A stretch of DNA of 64,000 nt from Azolla caroliniana (Eukaryota > Plantae > Polypodiophyta), in the NCBI GenBank assembly GCA_043228905.1, contig JBHGNT010000004.1:18662001-18726000 (forward strand). The letters run 5' to 3'. The position numbers and the translations under genes were made by a program. Shown here in pieces: positions 23,102 to 40,800 of the stretch. How positions within the stretch are numbered: the stretch's first letter is position 1; the number at the start of each line of letters is the position of its first letter. The notes under the pieces were generated by a model that saw only the letters and a list, made by a program, of their open reading frames with translations, searched no databases and was not told the origin of the DNA.

Positions 23102-24740
23102 CCTCTCCTCTCCTCTCCTCTCCTTCCCCTGTCCCTCTGCTTTTTTGCTTTGTGCCCATCAATCTCCGGTGATGCAAATGCACCTTCACATACATATATA
23201 TATGTAATGTAATACAGTATGTATGTAGGTATGTTTATGTTTATACGTCAGATTTGTACATATGTATGCATGTGGTGTGTATGTGTGCATGACATGACAT
23301 TTATGGCATATTATGTATGTGTGTGCGGTATACACACATATATGTACATACATATAGTGCCACTTTCTATGTTTTTTTAGAGAGTTCAAAAAAATTTACC
23401 TCACCATTGGAATGTGTGGCCGTAAATTTGACATAAGAGAATATTGAATCCACCTCAAACCAGAGGTTCTCTGGTCATATGCACCTTGGTTTGTCATTAG
23501 CGGGGGGAAAAAAGAAAGGAAGTAAATGTGGAGACAAGACAATTGCCATGCAACGTAACAAGAAAAAGAAAGGAAGCAGATTGATATGTCCACAATCAGT
23601 CGACGTCCCACATTATCTTAGTGGATACACCTCACCTTTCCCACTAGTTATGTGGGAATTGAACCAATGTGAGTCTGAACTTGCATTGACATTGGCCATC
23701 CAGCTTACAAAGAAGAGAGCAATTGTGTCTTACTTATAGCATCCAATAACCCTCTTCATTCATTTCAAATAACAAACAATTCTAACTACACTGAATGAAG
23801 TGCCCAAATATTCTCATAGTATTCTTAGCAAAACAAGTGGACTCATCTCAATTTAGAGGTGAATTATTACCGAAATAAGAATCCTTCCTAGATATTTGCA
23901 TACTCTAGAAGGACTAACCAATATGTCCAAACAAAGGACGATATTCAAATTTCAATAGGTATCTGTTTTGAAGAGAAAAATACAAACCTAAAAATCTTTC
24001 ACTTCAAACGACCTAACCTGATAATCCTTAACATTCTTCTAAGAGTGCTCCAATTTCTCTTCAAACCCCAAGTATAGAATCCAAACTCTGAGAGCATGGA
24101 TAGGATCCCTCTGGTCCAAACATTATCTACAAATCAATGTTTGAGTTGTAACAATTCCTTATACCAAGGGCCTACTACCTACCATACACCATTACATATG
24201 CAAAAAATGAGTATTCTCTCCTATAAAGGATGCAGTCTTATGCAAATTTAATTAAAGCAATCAAATTAAAAGGTGTAGATTTTACATAAAGTGCCCACAT
24301 CACAGTTATATGGGTTGACTTCCTCAACAATGTACATTTCCATTATTAGACTTTTCCTCTGCTTTGGTATGTCCATGTATACAGCAATACATCCTGGTGC
24401 ACACACATAATTCACAAGTGCGACCCAAATATTACAGCCCAAACTTCAGCCTTCCTTTATAGTCGCATTTTTATGATCCAATTTGGCAGATATAATGCAG
24501 CTATATTGTCCACAATTGATATAAGATATGTGTTCACAAGTTTTCTTTGTGTCTTCTTCAGCCCTGGCACTATTTTCTTCAGTGATGTAAGCTGCATGGA
24601 AATAACAAATATCCCGAAATTTTTAGTAAATTGAATAATAATTTATCCTAATGTTCATATCCGCATTCAATCTAATTGCTGTTTAATCTCTCTACGAGGA
24701 AGTAGGGTACCAAGGCTGTCACATACCTTCAATAAGTATC

Positions 24741-29496
<4,756 letters not shown>

Positions 29497-29580
29497 TCCT
29501 TCGTTCGTTCTCTATCTTCTTCTTCGCAGTCTTCCTTGTGCAGGGATGAGCGATGGCGGGAAGATAGTACATATGAGTTA

Positions 29581-29955
29581 TTTAACCAGGGTTAAATCTC
29601 TGTCAACCCCAGCATTATAACCATGGTTAATACTCCTCTAATCCACATGTAACCATGGTTAATATTTATATAACCATGGTTAACTTTCCTCTAATCCAAT
29701 CTTTTCTAACCACCGTTAATAGTTCTCGAAACCAGAGCTTAATCCTTCATTTGGCCGAGCATTTTAACCACGATTAAGATTTCATCAACCCTAGAATTGG
29801 AACCATGGTTAAATTTGTGTTGTTCCAACCTCCATAATATATGATTAAGAAACTTGAACATTTGAGAACCCAAGCTTGTATCTATAGTTCCTAAACTATT
29901 CAGGTTGAAATTTTGATCAATGATTCGTTGATGGGAGCTTCTATCCATGGTTAAT
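29581..29955. repeat. Cluster of palindromic (T)AACCATGGTTAA motifs upstream of FIGL1
   Basis: About 8 exact or variant copies at ~29582, 29618, 29650, 29671, 29707, 29764, 29802 and 29942. Confidence 0.75.
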
Positions 29956-32140
29956 CAATTATGTGATTAGAGGTGATTCATTAATCCAAGCCTAATATTA
30001 AAATTGTGTTTAATAAACTAGACAATTCACTGACTTTGAATGCATAAAGTAGTTCGTTCTCTAATGCAAAAACCTTGACGAACCAATTAACTTTGAACTA
30101 TGATTAATGACAAGTAGTTTGTTGATCAAGGCTTTTAGCTTGAGTTTATAACCTATGTATTTGATTCCCTCCCCCATTAGATCTCTCTCTCTCCCTTTTC
30201 CTTTTTTCATTGATGGATGTGCGCCTTTGCACAAGCAACATTTTTAGTAGTCATGGGCCCAGCCTATAATATGTCGCACACTTCATTCATTTTGATTCTC
30301 TTCATTCTTCTTCTTATTCTTTTTGTAAATAGTAATGTATTATCTACAAGAGTTGATTTTTAATATATGGAATACAATATCATATCGGCCTCACCACAAA
30401 TTTTGATGAGGGTTCGCGTTGCATCCCTCGTTTCCATATGCACCATTATGGACTGATATACTCTCATGTGATAAAGGGCAATGCAAATGATGGGGGCATG
30501 GTAAATTGCGAGCCTATATGTATATCCCCAATGCAACCTCCTGAAAGCTTCAAATAAGGAAAATAATATTCTTCGCGGAACGGCGAAAATGTACACATCG
30601 ATACATGTTAGAGCCCATCTTGTTAGATGCCCTTTGAACCATTGCTTCCATGTAACTTAACTCACATGCATTGCGATGTGAGACGAGGCGTTGGGGCACA
30701 AGTGATAAGAGTGGTCGACTATGCACACTTTGCCCTAAACAAGTTCGCGAGTCTGACGTATCACGCTTTGATACAATGCTCTGCCTATGATCATATTCGA
30801 CCATGATTTCCACGTATCTTCAACCAAGCCCAATCCTCGCAAGAATTTCTCTCGTAAGTAGAACGTGCACTCTCTATAGCAACAACATTCATTGGTACGG
30901 TGTACCCTGCGTCTCTCTATTTGTCCGGTCTCTCTAGAACGACCCACAAGATTCAGCTGGAACCATAGTCAATGTCATGATGAATGGGTGGACCCAGTCA
31001 ATGGTGATGCCCATGGGATGCTTCAATGAACGTGGATGAGTAAACGAGTGAGCGGATCGTAAAGATAAAGAGCATCCAAAAATATGTACATACATACATA
31101 TGTATTTCGAATGGTCTAGGGTTCGAATCCTTATCTGCCTCCTCTCCTCCGCAATGTATGTATTATTATTTGTTGTTATTCACTCTTCCCCTTCCCCTTC
31201 CCCTGCAGGATCAAAATTTTGGGCTCCTTTCCGACAAATCTCTGCTACACCACAACATCCCCTTCCCTTCAAGAAGGAAATTTAGGGTTTCTTCCCCCCT
31301 CTTTACGTTGCTCTGCGTCTGCAAGGAATTTTGGGTTCCCCCTCCCTTTTCTTCAATTCCCTGCGACGTGTCTCCTGTGCGGAAAGATTAAGGTTTTCTT
31401 TATCAAATCAGGGCTTGTTTCCGCTTGTTGACGCGAAAGGCGAGGTGGATTTCTCCATAGTATTTTTCAATTGGTACAGAAAGCATGACGAAGAACAGAT
31501 TCTGTATATATACAGTTAAAGTCTATTCTCTCTGGCAAAGGCGGAGCTTCAAATCTCAGTAGCCCACATGATCAGATCTTCATGTAGGCTTTCATATCGA
31601 TAGATCATCGTCGCCAGTGCAGAACATGTCTTCGTAGAGTCGTCTGTAAGATCAGATCTTACTATAAGCGTCTGTTTTAGCAGATCTTCAAATAACCTTC
31701 CAAATTGAACGATCATCATAGCCTATACAAACAGATCCTCGTAAGGTATGCCATCATTTCTTAGTCATATTATATGTAAGAAGATCTTTCTATAAGTTTC
31801 GAATCAATACATCACCATATAAACAACACATTCTTCACGTTAGCTTACCAAGTCCGTCTTCATATAAAGTTCTGTTTTTGAGCAGAGATAAATATGTCCA
31901 AATTCACAAGAGAGACCAGAGTCTTCAGAAATTACTAGGAATTCTTAATACAATCTTCTGCTTTGAGCCCCGATAAAGAATTCAATTTGGAGAGGAGAAT
32001 AAAAAAAAAAAAAAAGATATAAAGGAAGAAGGATACAAAAGAAGAAGAAATAGAGTAAAGGGAGTAGACAAAGAAAGAAAGAAAGAAATCCATAGTCACA
32101 TGATAGAGGACTGTTTTAGTTTTCTTTCTTCCCCACAGTG

Positions 32141-32539
32141 ATGCGTTTGACTAGGGTCACACGAGTGTACAACCAAACAAACATCGATATCGTGCTCAAA
32201 GTTCTGGTGAGAGTGGTAGAGCTACCGAGAGATGTAATCACCATATCTTCTCAGGAGCATGTTGAGCTAAAATATAGAGATTATTTGACAAGACGATTCA
32301 ATCCTGAGATGGTTCCTGCCATTTGGGTGTATGATCGGTCCGAGCAAGATCGTCCTCTTGTTGATGAGCCCATCACTCCTGAACAATTGCGTGATTTTGA
32401 AGACATTGTTATCATGAACGATGGGGAGTTCTTTCAAATCGAAAGGTTCAAAAGATCATTCAAAAATCGGTTGAGGTATGACTTCTTCTATGAGCTTGGT
32501 TTATATCTATTCGTTTCTCCTTCTTCTACAGTTGTTTAA
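32141..32539 (+). CDS. Hypothetical ~130-aa protein (orphan-like)
   Basis: Protein-like open frame right after a polypyrimidine/cag acceptor (tttctttcttccccacag, ends 32138); no recognisable motif; a downstream intron near ttgag|gtatga is possible. Confidence 0.45.
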   Translation: MRLTRVTRVYNQTNIDIVLKVLVRVVELPRDVITISSQEHVELKYRDYLTRRFNPEMVPAIWVYDRSEQDRPLVDEPITPEQLRDFEDIVIMNDGEFFQIERFKRSFKNRLRYDFFYELGLYLFVSPSSTVV

Positions 32540-32689
32540 GCTACTTAAATGTAGGTTTAATTAATAAGGAACTCAATGTTTACTAGTAATGGCTTAAAGG
32601 GATCATCAAAATCAGTTGGAATGTGCATTTTTGTGAACATCTTTTTATTTTGGTCTCTGAAATCTCAACTCAAGTTATATAGGGAAAAA

Positions 32690-33300
32690 CTCCCAAATAC
32701 TGCTGAGCTTTTCGTTATTTACCGAAAAGCTTTTGGTTAATCTCGTCCCTTGCAATGTTATGGTGAAATAAGCTTTACACCCAAACATTCCGTTGTTGAC
32801 CATTTGGTTACAAGAAGAGTATTTATGGAAGAAAGTTGACTTTAAGAGAAAACACAATGTTCTTTTGTGGACTTCAAGAAAGCCTTTGACATTGGTCCAA
32901 GAAGTGAGCTTTGGAAAAGAATGATGAAATGCCATTGGAGTGTAGAGCAGTTGTAGCATGATAGTTGGAGCAACTTAGATGCCAATTGAAATTGGAATGG
33001 TTTCTTGAAGTACTTCTTGATCCAAGCAAGGGTGTCCACACACTTTTTGATCCAAGCATTAATAAACTAGAAGAAATAATAAATGCAGCTCCAAAACACA
33101 TGCAAGAGCTTATTTTTATACTCCTCCTATATGACAATGATATGCAACACTTGGTGTACTGGAATTTTTTTATCAAATTAGTGGGGTAATTGTTAATTTG
33201 GACAACTAAAATGATGGCAATACAAATGAGAGACTACCCCACTTTCTACATATAAGGGAGAAACAATATAAGTGGTGCAAAGATTCTACTATCTTGGTAT
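32690..33300 (+). mobile_element. Degenerate non-LTR retrotransposon (RTE-like) RT fragment
   Basis: FVDFKKAFDIGPRSELWKRM at ~32863-32922; KQGCP-like and LLYDND (LLYADD-like) remnants. Confidence 0.65.
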
Positions 33301-36300
33301 TAATGTCTCATCAACGAATAGGTGGGACGTAACTTCTTGGTATAAATGTCTGGTAGACAAATATTAATGCCAAAGCAAGCTTGACACCTAGGATGCAAGG
33401 TACCAAAAGCTAATAAGAGCAAAATCCGCTCATCTAGTTGGGTGTTTGACATTATGAAATGGTTTAAAAGATGAGGAGTAGTGACCTCCTTTCTTAGGAA
33501 GGACTCACATAAAAGATGATATGTTTATTAATTCCAATAGGTCAAAATTGGCCTCCTCGTGAATGATAAAAGAGGTTACAATAGATCAGGCAATAGCAAT
33601 TTGTCGTGCACGTAGGCCTGGCCCCATGGACCATGACCTCACCATCTTTGTCATCAATAGACAAAGGCCATTATCTTCTGCCATTGCAAGTGCTTCACTC
33701 ACTTTGGAGAACTCACCATTTTGGATCGACCTATGCTAGAGATCTTTTGAAGACAAAAGTTACAATATATTTGAGTTGAGAATCTTGCATGTGCAGATAA
33801 CAAGATTCTTTAGTCTCGTTTTATCTTATTTACATTTATGTTTACTTAGTAACATTTATTTTATTTTGATTTGTTCTCAAAGATGAGATACCACTTAAGA
33901 TGTAATGTCGTGTTTGGTCTTATAGGCCATTTTGGCCTTGTAAAAGATGTTAACATATCTTTCTTTCTTTCGCTCTCTCTCACTCTTTGTAAATAGTGAC
34001 TTTCATTACGAAAGAAAAAACACCACCATGACTAACAACAAAGTATAGAACTCTAGAGATCTAAATACTACTACGAACTCAATCCCACCTTACGCACCAA
34101 GTCAGACGTCGAATATGATATGTCACCTTGTAGAGTTGGTTCTTTTAATGGTTGAGATTCAATGACTTCTCTAAAACTGTCAATTGCCACAAAAGAAGTC
34201 CTTTAAACCTGTGTGTGTGTGTGTGTGTGTGTATTATCTATTTAATAACTGAATTATTTATTTGCCACATTTTCTTGGGTTACTTGTCATCAAAAGGCTA
34301 GTATTTAAGGATCCTTGAAACTTTTGGGCATTTTGGCTAGGGTTTTTGGAAGATTCCCTGAAGTTTACATCGAGTAAGAAACTGCAATTAATATTTGTAA
34401 AAAAAAAACTAATTATTGTGAAACTATGAAAAGCGTAGCCCAAGTGTGTCTACAATTCCAGGGATTTATAACCTATAAAATCTTACAATCATTTATTAGC
34501 TAGAAAGTCTGTGCGGTTCCCCATTTTCTTTACTCTTAACTTGACCTGGAACGGATTACATAATACCAAGTATATTAACCATGGTAATATCAAATAGATT
34601 TAATGTGCTATATTAAATAGATTATACTAGTATCTATGTAGTCAAATAAAAGTATGGACGTTAGTTGTGGTCTTTTCTTTCGTTTTTTAATTCTCATCTA
34701 AACATTGTAGTCGCGTGGTGCAGAGAATACTTCAAGGACTGATATGCAGTGCAGAAAAGAGAATGGAATGTGCCTGATGCTCATTGTAATACATTTCTTG
34801 AGATAAGTGTGTAAAATTGTAACAGTTTACGTATAATCTTTCTGGTTGCATTAGGGCCCAAATACATAATTGTACATTATGAAAATATCATCGTCCATGG
34901 AAGTTATTCTATCAGTCTTTTTTGAACTTTTAATTATTTGTTGAAATATCAGCGACAAAAGTTTGCTAGTTAATTGAAAACTTGTCTTTGGTGTCATAAA
35001 GAAATTGGAAGCTCTTTTTCAGTGTGGTATTATATATCAATACAAAATAACAAAATAATGTGGTGCAAGCAACAACGTAAAACTGTCTAGGAAAGTAGAA
35101 TACTTGTTGCATGGTATTTCCTTGTTTTGTGGCAGATAAAATGCATTGACATATTGACTTGCATGTGTTTTCTATGATGCCAATAAAGTCTAATATCTTC
35201 TTAATCTCATCAAGGTTTATTATAGAAGTAATTTATTACACATCTCAATTATTATGTTGGCACTATTTACTTTCTTGGTGTATAGCTATGGAACCATTAC
35301 TAAAAATTATGGTATGGATACCTATGGTAACTCAAACAAGCTCTTACATGCTAGCTATTGTGACAAGAATAAAATAACTAATAACGTTGACTTCGACAAA
35401 ACTAGGTCCCTTTGTATGCGACACAACAATATTGTTGCACATACAAGCCCAAATTATATTAGCTCTTATGAATCATGGCAACCACTGAATAATTTAGAAA
35501 TGTTGACTTTAAAATAATGTCACTTTTGTGTGCAGCATGGAAATGGTGTTGTACTTGCACGCATAAAGTATATTATTAGCTCTTATGATAATGACCAATT
35601 ACCAACCCTGACTAGGCCCAAAATATGTCTCTTTGTATGTGATAGAAAGATAATGTTGTACGTAATATCACTCATGCCAAATACATGTGAACCTTCGGGT
35701 GTTTTATGCATTGTTGTAAGATATTGCTATAAAAAGAACTTATTTGACGTTTGTGAATTCTTTGTTGAGAGAATATTTTGTTGATAACGTTGCATGTTTG
35801 GTATATAAATTAATATTAGCAACATGATGATATTACTTCTAAAGGTATTATGATGGTGTTGCCAATTATGAATGGTTTACTAGTAGCTCTTGACATGTGA
35901 TGTGGTACAAGTACTTACCATGACAATGCCACATTTCATTAACCTATGATTTTATAAGAAATCCAATTACCCTAGATTTTATAACAATGCCCATTGCTTA
36001 TAGTTAAGTAGTAACCAATCCAAAAACAAATTGAAAGGAGCTAGAGAAAGTTGGTAGAACTCTCCTTCCTAATTGGTAGAGCTTATGTCTCTTATGGTGT
36101 ATACTTCATTTCCATGCATATCTGCTTTCAAGTCAAGTAAGGAAACTCACAAAAATAAGGAAGAAAAGTTCTTGAATAGAACATTGAAGTTGCCTTCACG
36201 TGACTTTAGTGGTTAATGAAATGTATGTTTACTATGCCCTTGTGATAAACATCACATGATTTTGGTTTGGCACTAGATTTACATTATAAATTTACATAAT

Positions 36301-36889
36301 GGTGTAATATGAATTATTATGTTTTCAACCGTAATATTCTAAGTTAAAGTCTCGAGTTAAAAGTTACTACTAATTTCAGAAAAATGCTTCGCTTTGCAAA
36401 TCACTTTCCTTAAGACAATGTCAATGACAATTAAGAATAACTATAATTGAGTATATGCCAATGGTGCACTCAACTTCTTCATCGATGTGTAATCTTCAAT
36501 CATGTCAATCTATATAAGTTCATATTCTTCAAGCAAGATTTTGACAATCTCTATATGCATATTGAAGGGCCATAACATGACTAAATATGACTTGCCACTA
36601 GATTTCCATATCTTCACATTCTTTTGTGGACCTTAAAAAACAAAGACAGATATTATTTAATTTTTGTTTCGCTTGTGCATCAGAGTAGGCAAACATAGAA
36701 CAATAAGCTTCATTGCCTCACCTTGACAAAAAGCAAATTTAGATTGTTAAAGCCAAACAAACAAAAGGGTTTGTTCATGTTCCATGGACATTATGAAAGA
36801 TGAACATTGGCCAAAAAGGTACGTTGCTTCACTTTGACAAAAGTTAAACATTGATTACTTACAAATAAGAGGCTCACCATCATCTCAAG

Positions 36890-37690
36890 GGCCAATCAAA
36901 TAAAATCCCGTCACATGATGTATTGGTTGGTCCTATCAAATAGCCCACATCTTGGTAGGGAACATCCAACCAAAATGCACTACAAATTGATGGACTTTCG
37001 ATAAAAGAAGGATCCAACAAAATATTGTTGGTTAACTTATTGGTAAACTATTCCATTGTACAATGTCGTATGGTGCCTCTAGAAGAATGAGTGCCATAAA
37101 ATCATGCCATGCCATGTGAGTCTAGAGGAGATCCGTAAGACTAGCCTCTAGGGCCACACCATGTGAAATGTGCCAACCCATTGTTGTCTTATTGAGCCAT
37201 ACAACATATCCATGGAGGTGTGATTAAAGAAGGATTCACTCAAACCTTGTTGGTTAAGTTATAGTTTACCCAATCTATTTTCCCATGAAACGCCATGCCC
37301 CTATAAAGATGACACCAATCCAATTATGTCACGACGTGATAGACTGAGATACGAGCAATCAAATCTCGCCATCATGTACTTGGACACGTCCAATCAAATG
37401 CGCCACATCTTTGTTATCTAATGGGATGGTGCCACGTATTTGACGGAGGCTCGGATTAAAGAAGGATCCAAAATCAACTCGTGTCGATCAAGTTACAATT
37501 TGTCCAAACCCATATCGCGCCCGTGATAGGTGGTTCATGTGGTCCGATCCATCATGCCGCCATGGCACGTGGTGCCTCCTCGAGGGGATGGGTCCAGTCA
37601 AATCATGCCAAGTGTCAGAGAGGAGCTCTATAAGACCAGAAGCAATTGGATGGTGCCATGTCATTGTTGTCAGCCAATGGAATTGCACCA
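36890..37690. repeat. Degenerate ~225-bp direct repeats upstream of the bZIP gene
   Basis: aaagaaggat(c/t)c followed by an aa(c/g)tta motif at ~37004, ~37226 and ~37458; recurring ccaatc and gccac/gccatg motifs. Confidence 0.5.
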
Positions 37691-37861
37691 TGTAGGAGAC
37701 GCGCCCCGGGCCCGGCTCGGGCTTACCCCCAACCATAAGAGCGCACTTACCTCAAGCTCTCCAGATCTGCCATTTGCTTTGGGTCTTCTTCTTCTTCTTC
37801 TTCTCTTTTCTCCACAGGAACAGAGCTACATCACTTCCAGAATTGCACGGGCCCCTTATCA

Positions 37862-40800
37862 ATGGATGGGTTAGGACATGGCTATGGGGCCTTTGTGGAA
37901 CGTCTAATCTCTGATTTTAACACTTCCAAGAATGCTGCCACTCGGACAAATGCAGAGAATTCATCTCATCATAGCTACCCTCACCACCATTCAAGCTATG
38001 CTATGGGCTATCATAACTCGTCAGCAGATGCATTCACCATGAATGTTGATTCTTCTTCTTCTTCTTCTTCTTCTTCTTCTCCAACTTCTACTGCCATCCC
38101 ATCCATGAGCAATGGTTATCATGATGTGGCCGTGATAAGCCAAGATGATCCTTTTCACATGGTATCGGAGCGAAGGGCGGAATCGACACCCACAGATCTA
38201 GTTCCGGAGATTCCGAATCCATTTCCCAAGCTATCAGAGAGAGGGGTGGGATCATCCTCTCATACAAATTTCATGCCTGAAATTCAAAATCCAACTCAGA
38301 TTCCGATAGTACCAGAGAACTGGCAAGGATCGTCCAGGGATATGAATCCAGTGTCGGAGATTCCAAATTCAAATGCAAATATCATACCGAAGATTCTGAT
38401 TCCAAATCCAACCCGACGTCGAGGTCACCATCGCCGGGCTCACTCGGAGATCTCTTTTCGTATATCTGAAGATCTATTACTCGAGCATGACCAGGAACAT
38501 GAACCCACCTTTCTAGAACCTTCTGCGATTTCCTCCGATGGAACATCTGAAGATTTATTCTCTATGTATGCACACATGGATAACAAGGTTAGCTCACATG
38601 TATCAATGTTCTCGGAGATGTACACACAAATGACCTCTCCTCCACACATGCGAACTGCATCTGTGGAAGAGAGACTACCTCGAACTGGACCTGGACCTGG
38701 ACCTGGTGCCTCCAGGCATCAACATAGTGCTTCTGCAGATGGGTTTGTACAAGACCTTTTCACATCGGAGATATTTGAATACAAAAAGCCAATGCCGCCA
38801 GAGAAATTAGCCGAACTTGCATTGATGGATCCGAAACGGGCAAAGAGGTTTGGAAAATTACTGGTTCTTTGGGAAGTTATCAAAATACCACTCTATTTAC
38901 CATAATTCCACAAACCTACATGCATATACGTATAAAACACATACATGTGTGCGTATATGCATTTATATAAAGGTTATTCATACATGTGCATGTATATTGT
39001 GTACCGTATGCTTTCATATCTGTTTCACTATGCATTTTACCCCTACAATTAATCTTAAATTGTGGCATGTTAGGACTTCAGTGAACTTTTAGTGGCATTT
39101 CAGAGATTCTCATAAACCAGAGTGGCACTTTGGATTATGGTAAACTGGCATTATATATGCATAATTCTGTATGTGTGCCTGTTTCCTCAATTTGAAAAAT
39201 ACAAGAGGTTTTTGTGATATATTATAGGAATCAACAAGCTTACTAGCCTGGTGGATCACTAATATTTTGAAACCCAAGGGTTATCATGACCAGGACTTTA
39301 GCCAAAACACAAACCCATTGGATCATGTCTCTCAAAACTGAAATGAAAACTGTTTGTGCACTAGATGGTTCAGTATCTTATTAATCATTCCTACCCTACT
39401 AATATCATCCTCTGCATTAACAAATGAACAAGGGTGCTTAATGTCTTTTGCTGTGCTGGGCATAGCCACTTTAGAAATTGGGTAAACTTTGAGTGGCATT
39501 TGGGGAATTGTGTAAACTAGAGTAGCATCTTAATAAATACAGATTTGTATTTCTTATAGACAGATTAGAGAGACATTTTTGGAACAATGGTAAACTAGAT
39601 TAGCATTTGTTTATTAATGAATATTTGTATATTCTTATATAGAGACTTCACTTTGATTTATGTCATTCTTTGTTTTAAATGTTCAAATTTGTGACTAGAA
39701 TTGTGGCCAACCGCCAATCGGCGGCTAGATCCAAGGAGCGGAAAGTCCGTCACATCTCGGAGTTGGAGAGAAGAGTTCAAACTTTGCAAAATGAAGCAAC
39801 TACTTTATCTGCCCAAATCAACATGTTGCAAGTAAATAATATCTGCATTTGCGTATGTAATAATAGCACTGAGAGATTCTTATTGATTTTTTATACTCTT
39901 ATCTATTTGTTTTTTGAAACAGAGAGATACTTCTGGATTAACAACCGAGAACAATGAGTTACGGCTTCGTCTTCATTCGATGGAGCAACAAGCACAACTT
40001 CATGATGGTACTCTGAGAGAGAGAGAGAGAGAGAGATTTTATTATTGTCTTTGGATGTCAAATATGACCAATGAGACTAAAAATATAACATTTTTCACAT
40101 AATGTGTAAAAGTGAGTAGCAATTTTCAATGTTCAAGAATTTTACTAATGAATGTCCCAATTGAGAGTGCACATTGTGACTCAAAAAACATAGTCGAATA
40201 TGATACAAAGGCAGCACACTGTATCAAAGTGTTATACTCAATCTCCCAAACTTGTTTAAGGGAAAGTGTGCACAATTGTCTACTCTCATATCTTGTGCCC
40301 CCAATGCCCCTTCTCACATTGAAGTGAGTGTGAGCTAAGCGAGGGAAGAAATGGTTCAGATGGTAGACAAGGGGATGGGCTCTAACATGTATTGATCTAT
40401 ATGGTTTCCCCGGTAAATGAAAAATATGGTTTTGTAGTTAGGTGCTACATATGTAGTATAATGTGTGGTGCATATGTGTTGCCTCCTATCTTCCAAACCG
40501 TTTTTCTTTATCTTGCATCCAATTGGAACAAAATCTTTTGGACCTTTTTGCTTGTTTCCCATGTGATTCTAAGATGTCAATGTGAGGGGACTCTTTTGAA
40601 CCTACCTTAAGCATGTATTCAGAAACCCTTTTCGTGGCCATGACCTTATGTGGAAGTGTCTCAATGAGTGAAAGACAAAGAGAGATGAAACAAAACTAAA
40701 CGACACGTTAACATCTTCCAAAGCCTAAAATGACCTATGAGACCTAAAAACTTAAATAGAAAGTGAAATCTGATGAGAGAATGTTTCATATATTTACTAT

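Noticed and set aside
21633-23212. Many overlapping alternative and antisense ORFs over the BVMO
   Set aside because: Expected in GC-rich coding DNA with few stop codons; no motifs.
23700-24200. Possible LINE remnant between BVMO and FIGL1
   Set aside because: Too degenerate to support with a motif.
29581-29955. CRISPR-like repeat-spacer array
   Set aside because: Repeats are too short (10-14 bp) and irregularly spaced, the context is eukaryotic, and there are no cas genes.
37530-37874. 114-aa ORF overlapping the bZIP start as a possible uORF
   Set aside because: GTG start within the promoter repeats, probably upstream of the TSS; no conserved peptide recognised.
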